From the NCBI GenBank assembly GCA_051362555.1, contig CM120641.1:3286001-3350000 (forward strand): 64,000 bases of DNA. Direction: 5' to 3'. The position numbers were made by a program, and so were the translations under genes. Below, piece after piece: positions 23,801 through 36,700 of the stretch. Source of the DNA: Lingula anatina (taxonomy: Eukaryota; Animalia; Brachiopoda). The notes beneath the pieces were generated by a model that did no database searches, was not told the DNA's origin, and saw nothing but the letters and a program-made list of their open reading frames with translations. Positions within the stretch are counted from its first letter, which is position 1. Each line of letters opens with the position of its first letter.

Positions 23801-26042
23801 AGTTTTAATGCGCCATCATAAATTAAACAAACACTGGCTTCCTATTGGCTCAGAGGGGGTTGTTCAACCAGGAAAACTTGCCATTTCCTAGTCTGAGGTC
23901 TGAGGTATAAGATTACATGTCTGATAGAATAATGCTATGCTTTGTTGGAGAGTAATTAATTTTGTTATACGTGGGTTTGAGAACTTGGGGGTATTTATGT
24001 TGGAAAGAATTTAAAATGTTTTGATACAGAGAGAACAAAAGTTTTTCTTTGACCCTAAGCATCTATTACTGTGGGTAATGGTTTTTCCAGTCAGCTTGAT
24101 ATTTCTGTTCAAATGAGTTACTACTCAGCTTGTTTTTAAGTTTTAATGGGATTGTGAAAAAAAATTCTGGAATGTATTACGTGGTTAAAAAACATGTTTA
24201 CAAGCACAAAATGTTGTGAAAAGAGACAAGGATCCAAAGAATGTATTTCAGAAACATGAAATTGGAATGTGGTATTAGTAATAGATAAATCAATAACATA
24301 ATGACATGTGCAATTCCTCTGGTAAAATTTGATAAAAACTGAAACTTTGAATCCATTAAGTATCATTTAATTCAATATCCTTCAGGTAATCCCAGTAGAG
24401 CTGACTTATCACTGCTGCGGTACTCCACCTTCCGTGAACTTTCGCTGCCTTTCCAAGGTCAACTGCCAGCCAGGCATTGAGGCAACGTTCCAAGTGGCAC
24501 AACTGAGGAGAAAAAGATCAGAGATGGTCCCTGTGGAACTCCTCACACATAACTTCAGCTTTACATCCGAGGTGAGCTTTTTTTCAACCAATCATTTAAT
24601 TTTTTTGTTATTGGAGACTGCACTGAACTACTGGTAGCAAACCTGGATTACTGCTTACTTTCAGGTGAAAGTGAATATAAAATATCTTAATTAGCTTTGG
24701 TATAGTTATCAATTCAAAATTTAACAGCAGTTTTCATGATGTCTTTTTGTGATTAATTGCTGAAATGTTAGGACTCACTTATACTAGGGCTCCTTTAATT
24801 CTGATCTGTTTACCTCAGTTTTTTTTTTTTTTTTTTTTTTTTTTTGTAAAAATGATATAAGTTGGTGTATAATAAGCTTTACTGGTAATGGTTATTGAAA
24901 CTCGATAGTTAACCATTTGGCCAACATAATTCAGACAAATTATTTCCTCCATTGATGTCCTAACTAAATGTGTCCTCATCTTAATTACATCCAGTTATGC
25001 TAATCATTTGACCTGAAATTGGCATAATTTCCAGTTTATAAGGACAACTCATGTTAAGAAGTCTTAATCATTCTTAATGGCTATTAAGTTGTTCTCAACG
25101 AGTTGGCAGTGCTCAAAGCCAGCCCCTGATTGAGGTCATAAACTAAAGAGCCCGTTGTTGGTGACATTTTTTAACAAGTGACAGGTGAAAGAACCTTCAT
25201 CATAGCACAGCTTGTGATACCTGTGGCAATGTTAACACCTTAGTAACACATGTAACCTAAATAGTTGTGGCTTGCTGGCCTTAGAAGCCTGGACTTAAGG
25301 TCATTCTGAATTTGAATTGAGATTATAAAGAAATGACATTTACTGTCTAATGTGCCAAGTGACAAAATAATAGACATCAACATTGTCAATAGTCAGGTAA
25401 AATGTTTCAGTGTAAGGAATTTAAGTTGAAAGAATTTTATTAGCTGCTGTCATAAAAGATGGTGGTATTAAGTTCAACATGTGCTTTTCTTTTTCATAAA
25501 ATTTAATATTAGCTCCCCTCCCCCCCCCCCCCCCCAACGTACACACACCTTTTAATGCATACTGAACATTGCTACAAGTAATTTGACTTGTGTAGTCATT
25601 TATAAGTTACATAATACAAAGATTACAATTTCATACATTTCTATGGTTTGTCAGTTTGAAAAAATAAAAAAAAAGTAGAAAAAGTAAATGTATTTATTTG
25701 TAAATTTCCCATTTTTCAATCTTTCAGAGTCAGACTGGACATGAGCTCTCCAAATACCTTGAGATGAGGCTATCCCAGGCACAGGTGAATTATATTGAAA
25801 ACCAGCTGTCCCCTCAAGACCTGCCCACTCTAGCCAGAAATCTCGGACTCACTGATGCACAGTTGGATGTCATAAAAAGTGACCACCAGAACAACAGTCG
25901 TGAACAAACGCACCAGGCTATTGTTCACTGGCAAAGACTAAACGGCCAAATGGCAACCGCGGGGAAATTCTGCAAAGCACTAGAGAGGTCAAATTTGAAA
26001 ATGTTTGCAGAGGAGCTTGAAAGACTTGAGATTATTGCCTGA
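20900..26042 (+). CDS. UNC5C-like single-pass receptor (signal peptide, Ser/Thr-rich ectodomain, TM, ZU5, UPA, death domain), 5 exons, about 746 aa
   Basis: Phase-0 GT-AG exons 20900-20932, 21181-22731, 23433-23588, 24386-24571 and 25728-26042. Signal MKCVSCQSILVVFLVSQVSG; TM VTLAVSGFALGVLLMCLAAFLMY followed by RRKK; ZU5 (EGGII...VSIHIPPGAVP...LTPVVEC...FLKPVTVVLPH...THFT); death domain (LARNLGLTDAQLDVIKSDH...REQTHQAIVHWQR). Confidence 0.85.
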
Positions 26043-27780
26043 GTGAGAGAGGTGAATTGATGGTTTAAAATTTACACTTTTTTCAGGCTTTTGCCAATTT
26101 ATTTATTGGAAGAGGGATCGGTGGATTGATGACAGTGATATTGTGCTGGAAACAAAGTATTGCTATTTATAGAATTTTGATTTTTCGTTATTTACAGTTT
26201 CTCTCTGAGATTCATTAAGAAATCAAAGTTGATGTTGGCTTTGAGAGACTAAGGAGATTTACAAATGAAAATAGGAGTATGAAGGATGTACCAAAATTAA
26301 ATTGGCTTTTTTTCATAGAAAGTTTTGGGACAAGAGGATTAAGATAGCAAGAATCCCCGTTTTTGTTGTCAGTTAAGTAGAACCAGCTAGTCACTTACAG
26401 CCTGGGTTTTTATTTTGAGAGGAAACATTATAAAATGCTCATTAAACTGCATAAGTAAAATATCATCAATTATATTTTATACTCAATGTAATTTTAAAGC
26501 TATAAAGGTGCTTCTACTTATTACGAAAAATTCAAGCCAAACCAGTACAGGGTAACGTTTTTTTTTTTTGTGTGGCATCTGAAGACCTTCACTTCACGTC
26601 TTCATGTCAAGAGAGAACAAAGCAGCCTACTGCAATTTATTTTTTATATTTTAAAATGCTATATTGAAGTTTATAATACTACATTAAGCAGTTGGTAAAC
26701 CAACTCTTTTCTCAACTGATCTCAGGTTGTAAATGCTGCGACCATGACCAAGTAACTGACAATGCACATGTTTTTGTGATAATTAATGGCACTTGTGTAC
26801 TTAACCTCAATCCATCCAGATGCAATGTAAGACAAAGAAAAATTGCAATAAAGACTATTTCATGTAAAATAAACCTTTTTTTATTCTGTTTGGTATTGTA
26901 CACTGCATCAGAAGAGATGGCTATTTCATAGCCAAACTCCGTGCTTGGGTTACAGCTAGATTTCAAATAACCACTTTTTGTAGTCAAACTGCAAGCTCGT
27001 TATCACAGGCACCCAGGTTAACGAAACTCTCCGAGTGGAATGATTAAAATAAAGACTCAGTTTCATTCACAGAGTCCATTTTGTCATGTTTTTGCCATTT
27101 TGCTTGTCCAATTCTTTTCAAGATGAATTCAGTTGTTCTGAATGAGATAGCCTTTAAAATTACTAAGTGATGTTTTCTCATAACCAATTTTGTGCCAGTG
27201 AACATGTTTAGCTTTCAGCTCAACTCTCCACTGAACAAAAGAACATTCTGAATTCACAAAGGGGAATTTACATGTGAAAACGAGGTCTGAAAATGAGAAT
27301 TGAACAAATAAATCCAAGTACAACAATCCTCTAAATAACAAAAAAAATTATCAATAGCACACTGTGCTTTGAAAGGAGGGAATTTCAAAAGTGACTCAAA
27401 CAGCATATTGACTTTAGTAAGACCTGGACAACAGTGTTATGAAATTGATTTTTTGTTTAGCAAACTAATTAGTTTGCAAAATCTTTGACCCTTCTGTTTG
27501 TAGTCACTGTCATAGACAATCCGAGTCATACTTTGGTCATGGACTTTCAACTGGCAAATAACCTCTGTATGAAGGCGTACTTCCCACTGTGATGAAACGA
27601 AAGCACCACCAGAAAATACAGGGAATTTTCAGCACGTCTTTACACTTGAATTTCACTCTTAGAAATTCTTATTCATTCCATTCTAAAATTCATTCCCAAT
27701 GGAGCAATGCCTGTAGTTTAAGATGATCTGTATATTTTTTTAGATCTGATTAAATGACTGAATGTTCTTTTTCTTCCTGG

Positions 27781-30700
27781 TCATTTTACAAGTCCTGCTT
27801 TCTTAGCCTCAGTCTCATAGATTAATAGTCTCCACATCTTGACCACAAATACTTCAGCCTCTTCATCAAGAACCTGGAATTCAAATATTCAGAATGTGAG
27901 TAAATATAACTCAGCTTCAACTGAATGCACCTACCTACACATTTCAATGAAAATTCTAAAATCTTCCATTTTATGGCAGTAAAAAAATCAATTTCTGTTG
28001 TGTTTTGTGCTTTAGACTTCAAACATATTTGGTCAGCCTACTAAGAATATCATCATAAACTATGGTGATAATAAACGAATAAACTTAATCAAAGGTCCAA
28101 GTTGTTTAACTGATAATTCATAACATCAAACTAAAAGCAAAACTCCTCATAAATCTCCCATTTAGTATTACTTTTCATAAAAGATTAATATTCCTATCCA
28201 CCATAAATATCAATTAAACATAAAAGAATATTTCATTTCTACCTAAAAGAATGTTATAAGAGGAATGAATGAACCATTGATCTAAGTCAGTAAATCAAAT
28301 CTACCATGAATGAATTCTCTTTATCCACAATGTTCTTATTTCACGACTTCGAAGTAAAATATGAACTTTTCCACCCACCATAAAAAAAACTGAAGCCCAT
28401 AAAATTCTTCAAATGATTTGAGCACAAGATGGACAAACTCACCATAGCAACATCTCCTAGTATACTGCTGGGTTGACTATGTGACATGACCTTTTGGCAA
28501 ATGAACTCTGTCAGGGTTGGCTCTTCCTCTCCAATATATTCTATGATCTTTTTATTCACCCATGGTTTGATGCGTTTCTCCATCAGGACCTGTAATTAAG
28601 CGAGCCAAATCAATCTAAGCACCAACTAGCAAAAAAAGATTAAGTTTTGACCATAATAAAAGCAAGGTCACTAATATGACAAACTCTTTTGTAGAACGGC
28701 CCACAAATGGTAAAACGTCTTCAGTTGTAAAAGATTAGACAGCAATCTTCAAAAATACCTTCTATTGATTTATTTTTTTTTATTTATTCGTTGACTAATC
28801 TGTAAGAAACAATATTTCTTCAGTAAACAATACTTCATCAGTAAACAAATCTTTTTCCTTATAGAAAATCGTCAAAGGGCATATTTATCCATTTTTTTTT
28901 AATTTATTTTTTTTTTTTATATTACATTCAATGTTGTAAAATAACAACTGAATCATCTGTTAACTTATTGGGTTTAGAAAAAGATGAAATCACAAATGTT
29001 AGTTTCAGAAGCATACTGAAAAGAAAATCCTACCTTATCCACCATATTCCAATCTAGCGTGAAGGCAAACAGCTCCTCCTTCCCTGTGGGAATCCTGTCT
29101 ATCAAATTTTTGATATTTTTTCTCTTTTCTTCTATAGTAGCTGGCTTGTCTAAAAGTTCAAAATAAATTAATGATTACCATAGACTCACAACTATATGAC
29201 AGTTGTCTGTCAAAGACTGAAAAAAACTGTACTTGCAAAATGCATACATATAAAATCAAAGGTCATCAATCAAAAAGCACCTAAAACAAGCTAAAACTTG
29301 CTCAAATTAAAACTTTATCTCCTTTTGACCCACCTCCTCCTACTGCTGCCTTTTCATCCTCGGAGTAATCCAATGGAACTAATTTTCTCCTCTTAGCTCC
29401 ACCCATAGAGTCTTCATCGTCCTCTTGGTTGAAGACGTCTCCTACAGTCAATTTTTTCCTCTTGGCTTGGACACTATCTGGGGAGCTATCTGCACCTGGG
29501 GGGAATAAGGATGGTTATGTAAACTATTATTATTATTATTATTAAAAAATGGATATTTTTTGTAAAATACTGATTTTAGACTTATTTTAAAGCCAAACAG
29601 TGGATCGGCTGGCTCAACAGATTAACTGCTGCTGACAATTTATTTTTCATGAAAAAACCTCATAATCGTGCAGCTAGAGCTACCTAACTTTTCTTTTATT
29701 TCTTTAAAGTAGATCAATAACTGACACTCTCAATAAAGCTCAGAAAGAAGCTCAAAATTCTGAGAACTGTTAAAACCAGTTAACTTATAAACCAACGTTA
29801 AGTGCTTTAGAGAATATCTAATGACAAAACAACTAAATATATCTACAGCCTCCTATTCTAATCTCACTGAATCTAATTGTACTCTTTAATTCAAACTTGA
29901 CAATTAAAGACCTGCTCCTCTATACCTAGTTTGAGCCCAGTAAACCCAATCCTGCTGCTCTCTTCCTTAGGGGCTGGCCCTATGAAGGGAACGGACGGGC
30001 TGTCTTCATGGGCACTCTCGGGAAGACCAGTATTCTGATAAAAATAGAAAATGTTTCTTAATCATTACTGAATACAAAGCAAAACCTGATCATATTTAGT
30101 CAATGACGAAAGCCACCTGCCCGAGGCAGCTAAATTTGACAGTGGACTGGTGTTTAAGTTAAATTTTCAAAGTGACTTGAATATTAAAAAAATTTAAGCC
30201 TTTGTTGAGATAAATAATCAATTATATATAGATTTCATCATCAAACTGGTTAATTTCAATTTGGACTGGTATCTTGTAATAATATAATAATTTGATGACC
30301 AGTGTGCTGAAAATCTAAAAGGTATGACTGCAACATTGAACAGGTTTTATCAACTTCTATCTTTAACAACTGTGAACCATGTCACACTCACAGTATATCC
30401 ATCTGAATATGCAGGACTGCTCTGACTTGAGGCTGCAGAGGTGGCAATTTCCACAGGTTTGAAGGTGGGAGGCAGTTTGGGGGGCTGAACATATTTGACT
30501 GGCTCTGGTTCAGGCTCCGGTTCAGGCTCCACTTTGACTGGGGCTACAGGGGCGGGGGGTGGGCGCAGGTGCTCTACACTCTCCCTCTCCAACTGGCGAA
30601 AAAAATCATTAAATAAATAAATATGTAAATAAATCAATTAAATCCCATTTTTTCAAAATGAAGTAATGTTTACCGAAGAGAAACTTTGCACTTTTCAGCC

Positions 30701-33700
30701 AGTCCGTCTTTAACATGGCTGAATACAAAATAACATTGGTGTCATAAAAGATACCAATTTTTCAACAACATTTCTGGCACTGTGGTCAAACAGTACTTCC
30801 ACATTTAACAAATTACTGAAGATTTACCTTTGCTAACTCTTCCTCAGGGTTGGGATGGCCTTCTTCTAAAAGTTTTTTCCTTATTTCTTCTAACTCCTCT
30901 TTCTCTCGCTGCCTGTCCCTGGCATCGGCTTCCATCTCCTTCTCCCTCTCTTTTAACCTCCTCTGTAAGGCACTGCCTCTAGAAACAGAAATACAAAAAA
31001 TATCATCTTTTAACCTCCTCTGTAAGGCACTGCCTCTGTAGAAACAGAAATAAACTAAATACCATCTTTTAACCTCCTCTGTAAGGCACTGCCTCTGTAA
31101 AAACAGAAATACAAAGAATACCATCTTTTTATTTTGACACTGTAACATGTAATAAATAATAGCACCACCTTTTTGTTTTTACTCTGTGTCAGGTAACACA
31201 TAATTAAATAGGCCCGAGAAATACAATTTTGATTTTGTTTCTTTTTTGTGTGTGTGCAGTAATGCCTTAAAACATAAGTAATAGATTGCACTGTCAGTCT
31301 TGATAATTTTTTTTTAAATAAAATTTAATATACACGTAAAACAGGCTTGACTTCTCTTTAGCTTATTACACATTTTAATATTGACCTTCAACATGATATG
31401 TTACAATTACAAGAATAAATACATTTTTAGTTACAAAACACAAACCTGTAATATTTGGGATCATCTCGCTCATCATCATAATCTTCTAGAAATTCTTTAA
31501 GTCTTCTTGCTTCTTTCACCTGAAACCATATTGCTATTTAATAAAGTAGAAGGTGAAGATAATAACTCTTTAAGCCTTAAGGTGTTTATATTTCCCATTT
31601 CTACTTTTATAATAACAGTTTGTATTTAAATTTCAAAGGTAATAATAAGATGTAATTTCATGCATAAAATGAGGAGACCTGCAAAACCAGCATTCAAATA
31701 TTGTTTTATTGTAAAAAAGATTATAACCTCTTCTATTTTTCTTTCTTCCTCTTTTTCTTTTTCCTTCTCATATTCTCTGGCCTTTTTCCTCTCTCTGGCT
31801 TCCCAATTTTTTAACCTCTGAAAGTAAAGAATATATATTAACATATAAGCAAACTACAGGTTACTTGCACTGCAAATGTATTCATTTTACATTAGAGCGG
31901 TAGCAACTAATATAAATGTTAGACTACTAAAATTTTATACTGCTAAAGACTAAAATTGCATCATATTGTTAAAGACAAAATAGACAAGCAGAAGAGGGTG
32001 TTTGATCTGACTGTTTCACCAAGAATGAATTATTTGATTAAAATCAATTATGTAGTTCTTACAAAAACAAGTTTCCAAAAGAAATACATTGCACTTGATA
32101 TAAAGACCTTTTCTAAAAGACTTTTTCAGTGCTAATCTACGTTTTAACATTTGACCATTTGAATATAAAAAGCATGATCAGTGTTAGAAATAAAGGCTGG
32201 ACCATCTGCCCGGGGCTGACAACTTTCAGAACGGGCTGAGAAGTTTTTCCACTCGGCAGATATTCAGTCCAGCTACTTATTTTCCTAAGAGGCAAACACT
32301 GAGCATGATAGCTATTTATTTTATTTTATTGTGTGTGTTGTCATACCTCTTGGTATGCCATTTCCTTTTCTCTTAGTTTCCTTTCTAATTTTCTTCTTTC
32401 ATAAACTTCCTCTTCGTCCTCCACTTCTTCATCTCCACCACTGTAAACCACATGTACACCAATTATCTCATTTCAAACTAAAGTTGCAAGTTGAAATCCA
32501 AGGGACACATCTTAAAAACCATTCTAAAATCTTACTAGCTGTATCAACTTATAAACAATATATCACAGCAATGCACAGCTCTGTGGGTGATTTAGGTCAA
32601 ATTGTGATAACAAAGTATGTTTAAGACTAACATTTAATTTTAAATATAAATTATTCAAATAAGTTTTTAGTTTAATTTTAAACTGAACTCTCACCCACGC
32701 TCTCTTGACCTTGACCTCTCGTAAGACCTTTCATATGACCTTGCCCTTGATCTGGAGTTGGAACGTGACCTAGATCTTCTTCTGGACATTGTTCTCTCTT
32801 TTTCTCTTTCACGCTCCCTTTCTTCCATCTCCCTCTCTCGTCTCTTCTTGTCCCTCTCTCTGGCCCGCTCTCGTTCTCTTTCCCTCTCTCGCCGCCGTCT
32901 TTCACGATCATAATCTCCTTCATCCTTTGTGGAAGACTTGTCTTCTTCATCCTTAAATAAATAGCAAAAGAACCCTTAAAATTACTGAAAACTCACAGCT
33001 TTCCTTTTTAGTCAACATTCTTCTACAAATCCATTTTCCTTCAATTGCCATTTATATCTGATTTCATATAATCCCTTGCATTGTTATTACAACATGCAGG
33101 AATTCATATAATTTTGCAGTGAAGGGTGATAAAATCCACTCTCTTTACATGGCAGTTTTAGAAAACTGCACCATATCACAAGAAAAAAGAAAGAAAAAGA
33201 CCAACACACTCCATTGTGCAGGCAAACATCAATACTCAGTTCTTTCTACCTTACTCGGGCAGCAAAAAAGCGGTAATTTCCAACTATCTGCTTTCCGTGT
33301 TCCTCCTTTCTTCCAACTGCTTCTCTTAAAACCTTTTGAAGATTAAAACAATGATTAGGGGGGAAATCCCACCCTCCCTCCCATGTCCACACCCAAATTT
33401 TGAAAATAATCAACTAAATCATTAAGAACTAAATAGGCAGGGCTGAATATTGAGCCTGGTGAGGGCAGACTTGCATACCAACCTCAATATTTTTTTTAAG
33501 ATTTTCCTAAACCAAATTTCAAATACTCAAATCATTAGATGATCCAAGAAAAAAAAAGCCAACAGAAACTTTCGCATAGGAATAAAGACACATTTTTCAT
33601 TGTTTGGCATATCATAATACAGGATACACTTCACTCACTGTTGAAAGCTGAAAATAATGGTGGTATTTTTGTGTTAAGACTTCTGACTGAGCCGATAATG

Positions 33701-36700
33701 TTAATGACACTCACCTCCAGAAAAACAGCTGCATCACTATGAGATTTAATTCTGACTGATAAAAATGTTGTAGGTAGAGGTTACTAACCTGAGGGTTCAA
33801 ACAGGATACTGTCAAACTGCAGGCAATTTTTACAACACAAGAAATACCAGCTACAAGACACTAACTTAAAGGAACTTTTGGAACAACAAAAAAAACAACA
33901 CCTTTACGTATAAACTATACAAATCTAATCAACTATGAATGTCCCATTCATATGAGGTGAACTAGCAGTCAGGTGTAAACTTTGTTGTGTAATACTTGTA
34001 TTTAAATATTCACTGATAGTGAAGAACATCTGGGAACGACAAATGTAATTTTGTGTGTAAAGCAGCAGCATAGCATCAGGTTCCATGACGCTTTCAACTA
34101 CAGTGTACTACAGAGGCCAACAACAACTAAGGCAGGACTCAACTAAGGCTCAACTAAGGCACTACTCAATTAAGACAAAATGACATTTCCTGACCACTCA
34201 CCTGCCAGTCAGCAAATGCCTCCCGGTGAATATATTATCATTATTTGAATCAAGAAAGAAAAAACACTCACCAAAAGTGATCCACATTTAACTTAGATAT
34301 GTCAGGAGAGGCAGGGGAATTCGTGATATGGAGTCATGGCCTGTATAACTCTCCCCACAGAATCTAGTTTGTAATTTGAGTAATGAAATAATGGGCATTA
34401 ATCCTCAGTCATGTGGATGGTTATGATGTGAATATAGGTTAGTGTGGGTAGGTGTCTTATGTCTGTGCAAGGCTGTTCTTTTTATTTCAAGAATTATATA
34501 CAAAATTGTCAAAAATTCATGAAATGAGAGGGGTTTCACATGCCTTGGGATTCTTAATGGTACTGGAATAATGGCTGGTACTGAACTTGTTTTCTGTACA
34601 TGTTTGGGATACAGTGTTTGAATGAATTTTTCAACAAGTTGAGCACTGGAAGAGGAAGCAGAATTAAATCATAGTTAACTTTGAATGAATTCTTATCTGT
34701 GTCCTACCTTGTGCAAGTCGCGGAATTTGTTTATTTCTTTGTTGATGAGATCTTTTTTATCATCTTCCATTTCTAGATCTTCAAGCCCCTGAAATTTGAA
34801 ATTCAAATTATTTTCAAAAATGAGAATAACCATGGAATCAAAAAATCACTCTCAGAAAAAAATAATTCATAAGGGCAACACGAAAAAGATATATTTTCTT
34901 TTTGAACTTCGTTTTGATTTTAAATAAACCTAAAAAATGACACCCTTGTAAAATGACATGATGGGAGATAAACTGCCTACTCTGAGACAATGTCCCATAC
35001 CTGATCAGCTTTTTTCTTATCCTTCTCTTTCAGGTCTTTCTTTTTTATGTCTTCTTTTTTCTCTTCTGGTTTAACTGAGGGCTCTGGTTCCTTGTTCAAC
35101 TCCCTGGCATACTCCCTCATAATGGCATCCAGGCCTGCCTTGGCAACTCTGTCTTCTCTCTGAGAAAATTCATCCACATCGTCTGTCGTTTCTCCCTCCT
35201 CCTTCTCCTCTTTGCTGGAATTCTTTTTCTTCTCTTTATATTCTTCCAGTAATGTTTTGGTTTTAGCATCTACTTTCACCTAAAACAGTATAATGAACAT
35301 CAAATTATCTTTCTTTAGAGGTTCCATGAGAAAAAAGTTATTACTATAATTCAAATTTTACTCAGTTGTTAAATTCACAAGACCCCAAAAACTTACCACT
35401 AATTTTTTGCCGCATATTGCCCATTCATTCAGTAGTCTTATACACCGTAAAGTGGCTTCTGGATATTCATATTCACAAAACCCAAACGCTGAAAATAACA
35501 ATTTACCAATAATAATTTCAATATAGAAATGGAGCACATCATCCTTGAGTTCATAATTACATTTTTTTAAAATAACAATATTTAACCTACTGACTTTTTA
35601 ACGAATAAAATTCAGTTTCAAAGAGTATCCCACTAACATGACTTATCCTTCAATGGTATTAACATTGTCATCAAGGTCATCATTTTAAAAATGAAAAACA
35701 AAATTTTTCCACTAGCCACACTGTGGTCACTCTGGTACATTTAAAGTATTATCCACAGAGCACTGGGAAAGACAAACCATTCTGAATATCTTTATTTCTA
35801 TAACTTCAGAGCAAAAAAAAAAAAAAAAAATCCACAAACATAAGCAAAAACTCTGCTGAAATAAGTCCAATAACATACTGTGCTTCTTACACATGAAAAT
35901 AGAACAAATATTACCTTGTAATTTCCCTGAGGCTCCTTGAACTCTCTTCCAGCTTATAACATTGCCACACCTCTGAAATAAACCAAACGAGTGCAAATCA
36001 GGATCCACATCTCAAACATCAACACGTCCCTGCTTCTTGGATGCAAATATTATTTATTCCGGATTTAAAAATCATATAGATATGATTTGTTGCATTATAT
36101 CCTATGAAAAACACCTCCAGCTTGGATATACTTATTGCAACCAGCTTTCAACACTTTTTTTTTTCTTTGACTCTCATCAAAAGCTTTTGTAATCAGCTGG
36201 GGGCATATAAAGCAACAACCCATTATAAATTCTGATTTTTTATCTTTAATATTTTAAGCACAAATGATAGCATAATTTTTGAACTCACAGAGAGCATCTG
36301 TCTGACCATGGCATCTGGAGCTCTCTCGCTGATATTACCAACAAATACTGTAGTCACCGGTGGCTTCTCTTCTTGACCAGTATTCTGCAAAGGTTTTAAT
36401 TGCTGCTAATGGTTTCATGAACATTTTAATATTTTTCAGTCACTTACGGATCCCTAAACTAACATCAATATCTCTAATATAGGACAAAATGGCATGTGCA
36501 TGTTTTCACTTTACAACATGTTCTGATTTCTGTAACATTTAGTCATTTCTACTTCTACCTACACTTTAAAAAATTAAGATGAAGTGCAACTGGTCGCTTC
36601 TCTTTCCCTTTTTCAAGGGTGATGCACTGATAAACCAAAAGTCAAGCAGGTTCGTATACAGATAAAATGTAACCAAACTTCAACATATGGAGGAATGCGT

